From Octopus bimaculoides (lineage: Eukaryota), in assembly GCF_001194135.2 (NCBI RefSeq), contig NC_068982.1:129690771-129754770 (forward strand): DNA of 64,000 bases, in the 5' to 3' direction. Both the position numbers and the translations under genes were made by a program. The notes under the pieces are model-generated. The model made no database searches. It had not been told where the DNA came from and was given only the letters and a program-made list of their open reading frames with translations. Positions 13,332-25,100 of this stretch are shown here, piece after piece (positions within the stretch are counted from its first letter, which is position 1; each line of letters opens with the position of its first letter).

Positions 13332-13369
<38 letters not shown>
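13332..13369. repeat. Poly-T tract; other long microsatellites at 6716-6740 (TA), 7537-7562 (TA), 8214-8243 (GT), 21115-21252 (GA), 22107-22155 (GT), 45386-45416 (CA), 62935-62983 (CA)
   Basis: Directly visible simple repeats. Confidence 0.95.
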
Positions 13370-13370
<1 letters not shown>

Positions 13371-13608
13371 AGTTGTTGATCATGCAAAGAAAGATTACAA
13401 TTTTTGTCAAAGATTATAAACTAAACACTCAGGAAAACAATTATCTTTTATTTCAAATGCTACATCATTAACATTAAATCCTTTGCATGCTTTCTCTCAG
13501 TTTCTCATTCTCTCTCTCTCTTGCAGAAAGCTCATTAATCCTCAAAGTAAATCTCTTTGCATTACTTTCAGTAATAGCATTTTCTCACACACATTATACC
13601 CACATTTA

Positions 13609-14785
13609 TGATGATTTCAAATTCTGGCACAAAGCCAGCAGTTTTAGGGGAGGGGTAAGTTAATTATATTAACATAGTGCTCAACTGAAAATAAGAAAAA
13701 CAAAAGTGACCTCAGCACCATTTAAACTCAAAATTAAAGCGAGAAGAAATGCCACTAAGCATTTTGTCAGGTGTACTAATAATTTTGCCAGCTTGCTGAC
13801 TTAATCACATTTATAATGGTTTCAAATTTTGTCACAAGGGCAGCAATTTTTTTTGGGGGTGGGGGATGAGTTGATTACATCGATCCCAGTGTTTAACTGA
13901 TACTTATTTTATTGAACCCAAAAGGATGAAAGGCAAAAATCAACCTTGGTGGAATTTGAACTCAGAACATAGCGATGAGCGAAATACCGCATGGCATTTC
14001 ATCTAACGTGCTAATGATTCTGCCAGCTCACCACCTTATTTATAATAATAATAATCCATTCTATTATAGGTACAAGGCCTGGAACTTCGGGGGGAAGGGA
14101 CTAGTTGATTAAATTAACCCCAAAGTTTCACTGGTACTTAATTTATCAACCCCGAAAGGATGACAGGCAAAGTGGATCTCGGCGAGATTTGAACTCAAAG
14201 TAGCAACAGGTGAAATACAGCTAAGCATTTTGCCTGGTGTGCTAATGATTCTGCCAGCTTACTGCCTAAATAATAAAGGTTTCAAATTTTGCCACAAGGG
14301 CAGCAATTTTGGGGGAGGGGATGAGTTGATTACATCGATCCCAGAGTTTCACTGATAACTTATTGACTCCAAAACGATGAAAGCTCACCACCTTTAATAA
14401 TAACAATAATCTTTTCTACTCTAGGCACAAGGCCCAAAATTTTTGGGGAGGAGGTCAGTCGATTAGATTGACCCCAGTATGCAACTAGTACTTAATTTTC
14501 TGACCCTGAAAGGATGAAAGCTCACAACCTTAATAATAATAATGATAATAATAATAATAATAATAAATGGTTTCAATTTTTGGCACAAGGCCAGTGATTT
14601 CAGGGGAGGGGAGTAAGTCAATTGCATCAACCCCATTGCTTAACAGGTGCTTATTTTATTGGCCCTGAAAGGATGAAAGGCAAAGTTGATCTCAGAAGAA
14701 TTTGAACTCAGAACATAAAGACAGACAAAATGCTTAGCAGCATTTTGCCTGGCATGCTGACAATTCTACCAGCTTGCCACCTTAA
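13609..14785 (-). mobile_element. Head-to-tail array of six tRNA-derived SINEs (family 1)
   Basis: Copies at ~13609-13803, 13815-14038, 14055-14268, 14276-14395, 14405-14532 and 14566-14785, separated by (TAA)n. On the minus strand each has aaggYggtRagctggcagaat (A-box); full copies also have gagttcaaattcc (B-box). Confidence 0.9.
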
Positions 14786-15287
14786 TATTATTGACTACCC
14801 ATCTGATAAGGGTACACCAGGCTCATGTATCACAACCATATGTGCATGACATGGTAATCTCATATCAAGACAAACAGCGCATGACCATGCAGGTGGGGCC
14901 AAGTTAGAATTTTCTTCAGGTTGAGTAACCCACCCTGCTCAAAAGGTCCCTGAATAAAGGCTGTTTAAGGATGCTGAATGAAACACACATGCTTTCAGAA
15001 GTGAATTATTCAAACCCCAAAGAATTCTTCTCAACACATGATTACAATGCTCCCCCATTACTTCTGCTTATGATCAGAGATGCACATATTGGTCAGCCAC
15101 TAAGGACAAACTCAACTGGTTAAGATGAAGCAACTGGTAAGCAAATCTGTGGTACTGAGCAGAATATTTGCTGTAGCCCATCTTTTTATACGAAGACAAA
15201 ACATGCACATGATAGCACTTCCAATCAGTTAAGATCAAAAGCTATGAGAGCCACTGCCTGGTACTGCATCAGAGCATGTTATTATTA

Positions 15288-15470
15288 TTAAGGTGGCAAG
15301 CTGGCAGAATCATTAGTACACTGGATGAAATGCTTTATGGTATTTCACCTGTCACCATGTTCTGAGTTCAAATTCTGCTGAGGTCAACCTTGCCTTCATT
15401 TTTTCAGGGTCAAATTAAGTACCAGTGAAACACAAGGGTCGATATAATTAACTAGTCCTCTCCCAAATTT
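15288..15470 (+). mobile_element. tRNA-derived SINE (family 1), inverted relative to the array
   Basis: aaggtggcaagctggcagaatcattag ... ctgagttcaaattctgctgaggtcaacc. Confidence 0.85.
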
Positions 15471-16423
15471 CTCTTAAAAATAAAACCAGATCTCTACACA
15501 CAAATGCAAATACACATACACACACAAGTGCACATACATAGATAATTTTTAAAAAGGCAAAATACAGTAACACCTAATTTCTAGTAAAATTCTTTACTCA
15601 GTTTAAGTATGCAGACATGCTAAATGAAGTGGAGCTATTGTTTTCTATCAACCAGTATTGATACACTGATGAGTTATGTTATTACCAGTATTATATGTGA
15701 TGCCCTAATATCCAGTGTACTAACACTTAAATGCAATGCTTGCTATTGATGTCATTCCTCCTCCTCTTCAATAACTTTTAACTCAAGAAAATAATCAATA
15801 AGCTATTTCACAATTCACAGCATTATTAGTTAATCAAAGCTGTTCAACTAACTATATTATGTGTGCAAAGCTCTACCATATTTGTATTTAAAAAAAAAGA
15901 AACTCCTCGAGGCATTCTCCCATAAGTCATATTATTGATGATACTTTATAAAACAGCTGAGTTAATTATGTTTTGCAACTAAGGATCATTGTCATCATTT
16001 TAACATCCACTTTTCCATGCTTGGACGGAGTTCCATTGATAACAATGTTTAGTGAAGTGAAGGAGCTTTAAATGGAAAAAACTAGTACCAACAAAAATAT
16101 TTAATAAAAAATTTTTAGACAATATATACAAGTTTAGGACATTTACCTACATGCAGATAGCATATGGAATAAAGTCAATTTAAGTATGAAATAGGATTTC
16201 AAATAACAAGTCATTCATGATTAAGTTGATTAGGCAAATTTTAAAAAAACTGAATTTTTTAAAACTTTTTTTTTCTGTCAAGAAATCCAATTATAATCAC
16301 CCTAAACTACAAGAATCATTTGATTTTTATACATACCTTTGTAGAATGTGATAAACGAAAACCATTAAAAATATTCAAAACTTTAAAATTTGAATGAATA
16401 TTATGCTTGGTATTATATATTAC

Positions 16424-16535
16424 CTGTTCTTTGGGAATGTAACAAAACTATTTTCATCCCAGGAACCACCATCACAAAATGCTTGCATAATAGAAACAAC
16501 ACCTGCTGAAGGTAAAGGTTTTGCTGCATAGAAAC
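16424..16535 (-). CDS. ABCA2: ABCA2-like transporter, internal coding exon (start of extracellular domain 1), 112 nt, phase 1 in / phase 2 out
   Basis: Polypyrimidine tract plus ttacag| and |gtaata donor. Translates (S)FYAAKPLPSAGVVSIMQAFCDGGSWDENSFVTFPKN(R), matching the ABCA2 motif [31 protein letters not shown] and the ABCA1 motif PNKAMPSAG. Confidence 0.93.
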
Positions 16536-18244
16536 CTGTAATGAGAGAAGAAAAAAAAGTTAGGGAAATAGTGGAATAATAATTACAAGTGATCAAAATG
16601 GTTTCAAAATGGATACTTGAGAATAAATTGCTTCATTCAGAGCTTCAGAAAAACACTACTCTTTGTAATATAACTGTCATTGTATTTAATCACAATAACC
16701 AACTGAATCATCACACTAAATAGAACATATTTCAGTTTATGTTTTAATAAAAATGTACCAAAAGAAGTAGCATTTAAATTTTTTTTAAATCAGAAGAGAG
16801 TATTGCAAAAAGAATGTAAAGCATTTATTTTGAAAAATATTTTTTTCACAAAGATTAATTTTTTAAATACGTTTTGAAAGACTAAAATGTTTTAAATGCT
16901 ACACAGAAAAGTGGTAGCCTTCAGCATAAGCCAACCATAAACATGAGATAGCTTATGCATAAAAAATAAAAAGTAAGGAAGGAAAAATACCATTGTGAAA
17001 CCTTAATCTGCTCTCAACATATGCCCAGCACAAAGATATATAATGGAAATAACTGACAGAGTTCCCCTGGCTCATCAAAGAGGGCACTAACTTTTTATAA
17101 GAACTATCTCAAATTATGACAATCTGTCCAATCCCTACAAGTATGGAAAAACATGCAAAATAAAGATAATGATTATGACGACTTATACCATGTAAGGACA
17201 AAGGTCATTTCTTTTAAGTTAACCAAAAAGTAACCTTCCCTATAATATAGCCAGAAGGATATAATTACAAATAATTCAATTTCATTTAGCAAGAACACAT
17301 GAGAAGGTTTCGGAGAAACAAAAAGCAACAAAAAAAAAACTACATATTTGTTGATGTGTGAAGAATGCTGCTGTAAGAAGCAGAGAGATGGATGTAATGA
17401 GTAAGATTGATTTGAGGGGAAGTTCAAGCGTAAGTTTATCAGAGTAGCCTATGATAGCAACAAGAGAAGCAGCAGCAGGAGATAATCCAGAAACTATTTC
17501 CATCATGAATGTCATTCTTCTAAATAGAATACCAGTGATCAAATAAAGTGTACCATTCTAGAAATGAAAAGAAAATTTCAGAATGAGGTATTCTTAAGAT
17601 CTGTAGATAGTCAACAGATACTCAAAACTGACGTAATTATTAGCAATATAAAGAGATCTAAGTCTCTAATTTAATTTTGAAAAAAAAAAAAAAAAAAATC
17701 AAACATAAGGAAAAAAAACATTCTATCTTGTGAAGTGAAAAGGGTCTTCTATAATGGAAATGTGAGGGCAAGGTGTAGTATCCTCTCCCACTGAAATAAC
17801 TGAGAAATGTTTATATTTTGGTGTTAAATGGAACCAAGTTGTCAGATAGCTTGTGAAGATGTTGACTGATGGCAGAAGTGGATGCCTGGTGTGAACAGAG
17901 GATACAAAGAGCAGCACAAAGTAGATAATTGTCTCCAATATGTGGTTCTTAGGTTTTGAATAAGAAATAAAGAATCAGTATAGTCACTAGAAACATGGAA
18001 GAAATCACATAAGTAGATTGAATTGCTTCTCTCATAAAAAACAACAAAAAACAGGAATTATTCCTAAAGATCATGTGAAGAACATTGGGTTTAATTTAAT
18101 AAACTAAACCATTAATAAGTTAAATTGGCAAAAATCACTCTTTGTAACATTCAGAAACAATAAAATAAAGCAAGCTGTGATTATTATTATTATTATTATT
18201 TTTTTTTTTTTTCAGTTGAAAATACGCATCAAGCCAAATGAAAT

Positions 18245-18430
18245 CATGGTCATGGCCAGTGCTAGTAACATGTAAAAGACATCTACTACACTCTTAGAGT
18301 GGTTGGCATTAGGAGGAGTATCCAGTTGCAGAAACCAAGCCAAATCAGACTGGAGCCTGGTACAGCTCTCCAGCTTATCAGTTTGAGTCAAACCATCTAA
18401 CTCATGCCAGTATGGAAAACAGATACTAAA
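18245..18430 (+). mobile_element. RTE-LINE 3' UTR fragment
   Basis: ctactacactcttagagtggttggcattaggagg ... catgccagtatggaaaacaga core of the same family. Confidence 0.75.
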
Positions 18431-18571
18431 TGATATATGACAGGCTCCTTTCCATCTACCTATTCCATACACAAGGCTTTGGTTGATCTAGTGCCACTCA
18501 GAAAGATTGAAACCAAAACCACATGGTTGGGAAATGAACTTCTGAACTATACAATCATGACTGTGCTTGTT

Positions 18572-19200
18572 ATCATCATCATTTAATATTTGTTTTCCAT
18601 GCTGGCATGGGTTGGACAGTTCGACTGAAAACTGCTAAGCCAGGGAGCTGCACCAAGTTCTGGTCTGATTTGACAAGGTTTCTATGGCTGGATGTCCTTC
18701 CTAACACCAACCACTGAGTGTAGTGGGTGTATTTTATATGCCACTAGCAAGGGTATAGTTTTCAACTAGCAATAACCATGCCTCGGATAACCTTCATTGG
18801 CTTGACAGGTCTACACAGCACGTTGTATTGCCAAAGCTTGTCACCTGTCACGACCTCCATGAGGTCCAATGATCAAATGGTGCTTTTTACATGCCACTGA
18901 TCTGATTTGACAAGGTTTCTATGGCTGGATGTCCTTCCTAACACCAAGCACTGAGTGTAGTGGGTGTTTTTTATGTGCCACCAGCAAGGGTGCCATTTAC
19001 TTGACACTGATATCGTCCACAAATACAGCCTCACTTGGCTTGACAGGTCTACACAGCACATTGTATTGCCAAAGTTTGTCACCTGTCATGACCTCCATGA
19101 GGCCCAATGCTCAAATGGTGCCTTTTACATGCCACTGACATGGATGCCAGTCAGACGGAACTGGCATTGGCCACGACTACGATTTCACTTGGTGTCGTAT
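18572..19200 (-). mobile_element. RTE-LINE 3' end with an internal 237 bp tandem duplication
   Basis: (CAT)n tail at ~18572 and the family core. RT C-terminal remnant LGLMEVMTGDKLW appears twice (units 18664-18900 and 18901-19138). Confidence 0.8.
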
Positions 19201-19719
19201 AATTATTATCATCATTTACCAATTTGTATATGTAAAGTATAAATAATTATGCATTAGATGATTAAATTTATTATATACTTTAGTCATTCTAGCATGTAGC
19301 ATGTTCTAACTTGACATAATAGTACACACAGGAGCAAATTTAACGATATAATTTAACATTTTAAAAACGCTGTCTAACATTTAAAAATATAATTTGTTCA
19401 TGGCTGTTTTGCTCTTAATTCTTAAATACAGACCTAAATTAAAAGACCTAATTAACTTGACTTTGAATTTTTTCAAGCAGTATTAGATTAGAGTGAAACA
19501 ATATCACGTGGCTGTTTGGCATGGTTGGTTGGATGGTGAATGTGTTTTGCTGCCAGTATTTTTTCACACTGGCAGTAACTATATGTGCAAAAACACACAG
19601 AGAAATATACACATGCAGACAGAATGATAAAGAGGGAGGGACATTACAATTTATTAATTGAACATAACTAACAAACACTTTTCCTATTCTCAAAGCATAA
19701 AAAAATATTCACATAGACA

Positions 19720-19915
19720 GACAAAGAAGCAGATGCTGAACTTTACATGTTTATTCATTCTCTCTCTGTTTTTGTCTCATTACTTTCTGTTGAAGAGCGT
19801 AGGCTTGAACCATAAAAGACTTTTTCATTTTTCCCAAGCATCAAACTAATACACTTGCTTGTTGTTCATACACCACTCATTCATTTTTGTTTTTCTATAA
19901 ATTTCAACTATATAT
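19720..19915 (+). mobile_element. Possible Penelope-like terminal-repeat remnant with a degenerate minimal hammerhead fold
   Basis: CTTT-CTGTTGA-A-GAGC(GTAG)GCTT-GAA-CC-ATA-AAAG at 19783-19818 follows type I hammerhead topology with two core substitutions. No PLE coding sequence is seen. Confidence 0.4.
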
Positions 19916-19920
19916 ATACA

Positions 19921-20310
19921 AGTGCAGGAGTGGCTCTGTGGTAAGTAGCTTGCATACCAACCACATAGTTCCGGGTTCATTCCCACTATGTGGCACTTTG
20001 GTCAAGTGTCTTCTACTATAGTTTCGGGCCGACCAAAGCCTTGTGAATGGATTTGGTAGATGGAAACTGAAAGAAGCCCGTCACATATATGTATATACAT
20101 ATGTATGTGTGTGTCCGTGTTTGCCCCCCCCCCTCACATCACTTGACAACTGATGGTGGTCTGTTAACGTCCCCGTAACTTAGCGGTTAAGCAAAAGAGA
20201 CCGATAGAATAAATACTAGGTTTACAAAGAATAAGTCCTGGGGTCGATTTGCGAGACTAAAGGCAGTACTCCAGCATGGCCACAGTCAAATGACTGAAAA
20301 GAGTAAAAGA
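19921..20310 (+). mobile_element. tRNA-derived SINE, family 2 (OR-like), full length
   Basis: A-box tggctctgtggt, B-box ggttcattcc, a CORE-like ggtcaagtgtcttctactatag block, an internal (TA/TG)n, and 3' gcatggccacagtcaaatgactgaaa plus a purine-rich tail. Confidence 0.88.
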
Positions 20311-20320
20311 TTATGTAATG

Positions 20321-20588
20321 AAATTAATGAAAATCAAGAGAATGGAGATTTGCACATCCAAGTTTTATTACACAGTTATTTACATCATTCTTCACTTAGA
20401 CCTACATGCATTTCAGCTGCTAGTTACTGCACACTTAAGTGTGCATCTTGGTGTTAATTATCAGTACAACTTCATCAGTGTGCAGTGGCTTCCAGCGAAA
20501 ACATGCATAGGTCTAGGGAAGAACGGTGTAAATAACTATAATAAAACTTGAATGTGCAAATCTCCATTCTCCTGATCTTCATTAATTT
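20321..20588. mobile_element. Foldback/MITE with ~114 bp inverted arms, TTAA at both ends
   Basis: 20321-20434 is the reverse complement of 20477-20588 at roughly 80% identity by hand alignment, mostly transitions. TTAA at 20324-20327 and 20582-20585. Confidence 0.8.
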
Positions 20589-20737
20589 ATTTTCTCTACG
20601 GAAACTATGCAGTCCTTATTAGGAAATTTGGATTTACCAAGTGAGGATTAACTGAGTATAGTAAATTTTAACTAACTTGAGTTTCACCAACATTCACTGT
20701 GGCTAGCTGGCATTGAGAACCATTTTTGGAAATATTA

Positions 20738-21112
20738 CTTTTCTCTTTTACTTTTTTCAGTCATTTGACTGTGGCCATGCTGGAGCACTGCCTTTAGTCG
20801 AGCAAATCGACCCCAGGACTTATTCTTTGGAAGCCTAGTACTTATTCTATCGGTCTCTTTTGCCGAACCACTAAGTTAAGGGGACGTAAACACAACCATC
20901 GGTTGTCAAGCAATGTTGGGGGGACAAACACAGACACACAAACATATATATATATACGACAGGCTTCTTTCAGTTTCCGTCTACCAAATCCACTCACAAG
21001 GCTTTGGTCAGCCCGAGGTTATAGTAGATGACACTTGCCCAAGGTGCCATACAGTGGGAATGAACCCAGAACCATGTGGTTGGTAAGCAAGCTACTTACC
21101 TCACAGCCACTT
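20738..21112 (-). mobile_element. tRNA-derived SINE, family 2, full length, inverted relative to 19921-20310
   Basis: Reverse complement gives gtggctgtgaggtaagtagcttgcttaccaaccacatggttctgggttcattcccactg, with the same body and tail. Confidence 0.9.
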
Positions 21113-21113
21113 C

Positions 21114-21179
<66 letters not shown>

Positions 21180-21211
21180 AAATGCCTGATGTCAAATNNN
21201 NNNNNNNNNNN

Positions 21212-21255
<44 letters not shown>

Positions 21256-22106
21256 AAATGCCTGATGTCAAATAAGTCGTCATCAAATCAGCAACACCAA
21301 ATAGACAGGAACAAAATAGCTAAGCCAAAATGTCTCATACTCATCTCAGACTTACAACATCCTATATTTGATTCAAAATGTACCATGTAGTATTAAATAA
21401 ACCACAACAACGTTATTTTAGTTTTAGTCCCTTGATATAACTCTTTGACAGGACTAATATCACTAATGCTTTCTGGGAGGTATAAATCTCATTGCAACCA
21501 TTTCATCCAAATTGAAAAAATATGTATTTGATTTTTAAAAGCCATTTCTAATAGAAATAAATGCTTTTAGTTTTCTCTTGCTTTCAATCTCAAAGTCAGT
21601 TTCCTTTTCAGAGTAAATTACAATGTTGGTGATCAGAACATCAAACTTTGAGAATACTATTTTCATGAATAAACCTATTAGTTAAATTAAGAGAAGAAAC
21701 TATTCTTTGGGTACAGCAATTAAAATAATAGCAAGGATGCCATCTAGGCCTGTAAAAGTGTTAATGAGAAAAAAGAATACCTCAATAAAAGCAGGTGAGG
21801 AAAGAAATGGAAACAACAAAAGAAATGGAAACAGAAAAAGATAAGAAAAATAGATGGGAAAATAGTGTTGAGAATACGGTTGAATGCCTAATGGATAGTG
21901 AAGGACTTGGCAGCAGACCTGCTAACAAAGCTATCTGAGTTGAACAAAGGAGGAAAGAAAAAGTTTCCAAACTTTATGGAGAAACGTTTGGCAGTGAAAC
22001 AAAACTTGCTCACATTTGGCAAAGGGAAGAAGAATAATGGAATGTATAACATTTTAGTAAATTGTAAATTCACATGATGTTAATATTCTGTTACAACTAA
22101 AGGGCA

Positions 22107-22157
<51 letters not shown>

Positions 22158-25100
22158 TGAGTGTATGCACAAACAGATTTTCCCTTAATTTAGTGTTCTA
22201 TTACCCTAAAAACATCTTTACTGTAATGTGACTTATCTATGAAGAAAAATTGTTTGATAGCTATACTTTCTGAATAAAAGGAATAATTACTCCAACGTCA
22301 TCATTTTACAATATTTTCTTCTAAAACTTGCATGGGTTGGACAGATTTTTTCCTTCGCAATGTTTTACCACTTGATACAGTCCTTTGTCATCTCTTTTCT
22401 GAGGTCCAGCCTCCTGAGATAAGCTTTCAACACTCCTTTACAGGTCTTCCAAGATCTTTCTCTTACATTGCTTGGCATTTCATTACACAATCGTCATCCT
22501 CTATACACATCGTACAATTGTACCAGCTCACTCTTCTACTTTGCACACTACATCTGATTTTTTACTCAATTCATTTGTGCTCAGAGCATGCTCACATTTA
22601 TTTCCAGGCTTTGAACATCCCTCTACATTCAATGATCATTTTTCATGACAATGCAGCCCATTCACACACATACACAGAGGATACCTTTGTTATCAGCAGA
22701 TATAATAGTTCCCACATTCCGACCCCACCCCATTCTTACTAACATGCTTTCAAAACATCTGCCCCCATTTCTTATTAAGCTATCTAGGTAATGAAGGCTA
22801 TAAACAGGTTTATAATACAAGTGTATTAATTAATTACATATTTTTATTGTGCTAAAGTTGATTAGCAAGTGAATATATATATATATATATATATGTCTAA
22901 CATAAATTCTTGAATAAATTAGATGAAAAAAAAGAACACAAAATAGTTGACTTCAGAAAAGCAATGTTTAAACTTCAGAAATAAAATTAATAGTAAAAAA
23001 CCTATAGAATAATGAAAACTATTTTGGTTCTGTTACAATAATTGTAGGACAAGCAACAACTGACACAGTTTAATTCTATGAGTTATTACATTGAAATAAT
23101 ATATAACCATCAATGGAGACTATACTGTATTTAATAGCAATGTTATAAAAAAAATATTGCAGATGACTGTCTGCTGGTAATACAAAAATATTATTTATTT
23201 AAAAAGAAAAATTTTTAAATAACCAAATGTGTTGCTATGAGCAGTTAACAGTTTTCAAGACATTTAGTATAGGCTAAGTTAAATCCCCATCAAAAACAAA
23301 ACTATTATATTTCTCTACAGAACTCACAGATTACTGAAAAGGATAATTGCCAACTTCAAAACAGAAATTTCTTTTTCAGCATTAAATTCAGTTTTATATA
23401 ACAGAATCATTCATACAGCTGAAGTGACAGGGAAAGACCAGTCTTACTTTTAATCCAATGTATATACACACACATACAAAAAGAAAAAGAATGCTGCCCT
23501 AACACTAATGCCTGTGTAATATTAAATTCAATAAGTTTTTATACATTTTAGATTATATATTATAAATTCTTGATTTCCTTTTTCATAACATAATGCTCTG
23601 TAGGGTCATGTTTAATATAAAGGAGACTGGATCCACTAATACAATTTTGTATGCAATGCATCAGTAGACATTCAAGCTATAAGTGACATATCCATATTAC
23701 AAGAAGATCAAATTAGATTAAATAGTGATTATTGACTGTACATTGCTAGTCACTTAAGCTATTACTATCTATAAAAACAATGTTATTTTAGACATTTTCT
23801 GCACAGTTGTATACATGTATATACAAATGAACAGCAGGAATAACTATATGGTTAAAATGTTTGCTTTGCAGCTATGGTTATAATCTAATTTCTGCTGCAT
23901 GGCATCATGGGAGTGCATCTTCTACTATAGCCTCAGGATGACAAAATACCTTGTGAGTGAAATTGAGAGATGGAAACTGCAGCAATGATTTTCATCTTAT
24001 ATTGCTTCATAGACTTATTGTTCAAAACACAATAGTGTTTTGATGCAATGCATCAGTAGAAGTAATTTTATCTCACACAATTCCACAGCTTCATGTCCTC
24101 TAACGATGTATATACATTTAGTATGATACACACTACCCCCACCCCAAAGATATCAATTTTATATAAACATTGGTTATGTCCCGTCAAAAAGTGGCAATTG
24201 GTTTCACATCTATTGCTGCACTTAATAAAGGCAACTCAGTAGACCCACTGGCCAGAGGTATATAACCTCTTTAGGTTATGTGCTTCCAGCCAGCAGGTCT
24301 GATGATATGCCTATATTACTAAGTGTAACAATAAATGTGAAACCAACATTCACTTTCTAATTAGCCATAACCAACAATATAAAATATTGTTCAAAAAAAG
24401 TTTTAGAGTGTGTCTTTTTTTTTATGAACAACTGACCAATCTATATAATATAGTGGGGAGAGTGAGCGCCTGCTAATTTGTTTTGATATTTACACCTGGG
24501 GTAAAAAAAAGAATATATCTGGATGTTCAGTAGTTAATTGTGAAAAAGCCTAAGAGAACAAGTACCTTACTTGCAAATAAGGGTTAACAGGAAAAGCAAT
24601 TCATCTAATCCATGTGAGTAGAGAAATAGCAGATATAACAACAATAAATGACAACAACATTAAACAATGAGTATTTCTTTGGATTAGGTTTATTTCAGCT
24701 ATTGGGGTTCTTAAAAGCTATAGGAATAAAAAAAAAAAAAATCAAGGCACTTTCTTTCTGAAGCAATCCTTTTAATATAAATTCCCAGTGACTTAAGCCA
24801 TTATTAATTACCACTAATTCATGTACATTAAAAATCACAATCAGACAGGGGAGAAAAGACTATAAATTATATAAATGCCTGCTATACATAAAAATATACA
24901 TACAGTGTAGAAAATTACTAAAATTGTAATTTTTTATAGACGGTCATAGCTTAAGTAAATAGCAACAGGCACTCAATCACTGTTTAATCTACCCCAATCT
25001 TGCAGTAGTTATGAATAAAATCCTTTTTTTTTTTTTTATATAAAAGTAACATTGTTTGATAAATATATTCTGTAGTCATCAATTTTAATATTAATGTTTT

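Noticed and set aside
19921-19990. tRNA-like A and B boxes (also in other SINE heads)
   Set aside because: No complete cloverleaf, and each continues into a SINE body; these are not tRNA genes.
21172-21275. Apparent duplication of gattaaaatgcctgatgtcaaat on both sides of a 14-N gap
   Set aside because: Typical overlap of contig ends across a (GA)n microsatellite; an assembly artefact rather than biology.
23645-24062. 18 bp direct repeat atgcaatgcatcagtaga about 390 bp apart
   Set aside because: Too short and has no flanking structure to interpret.
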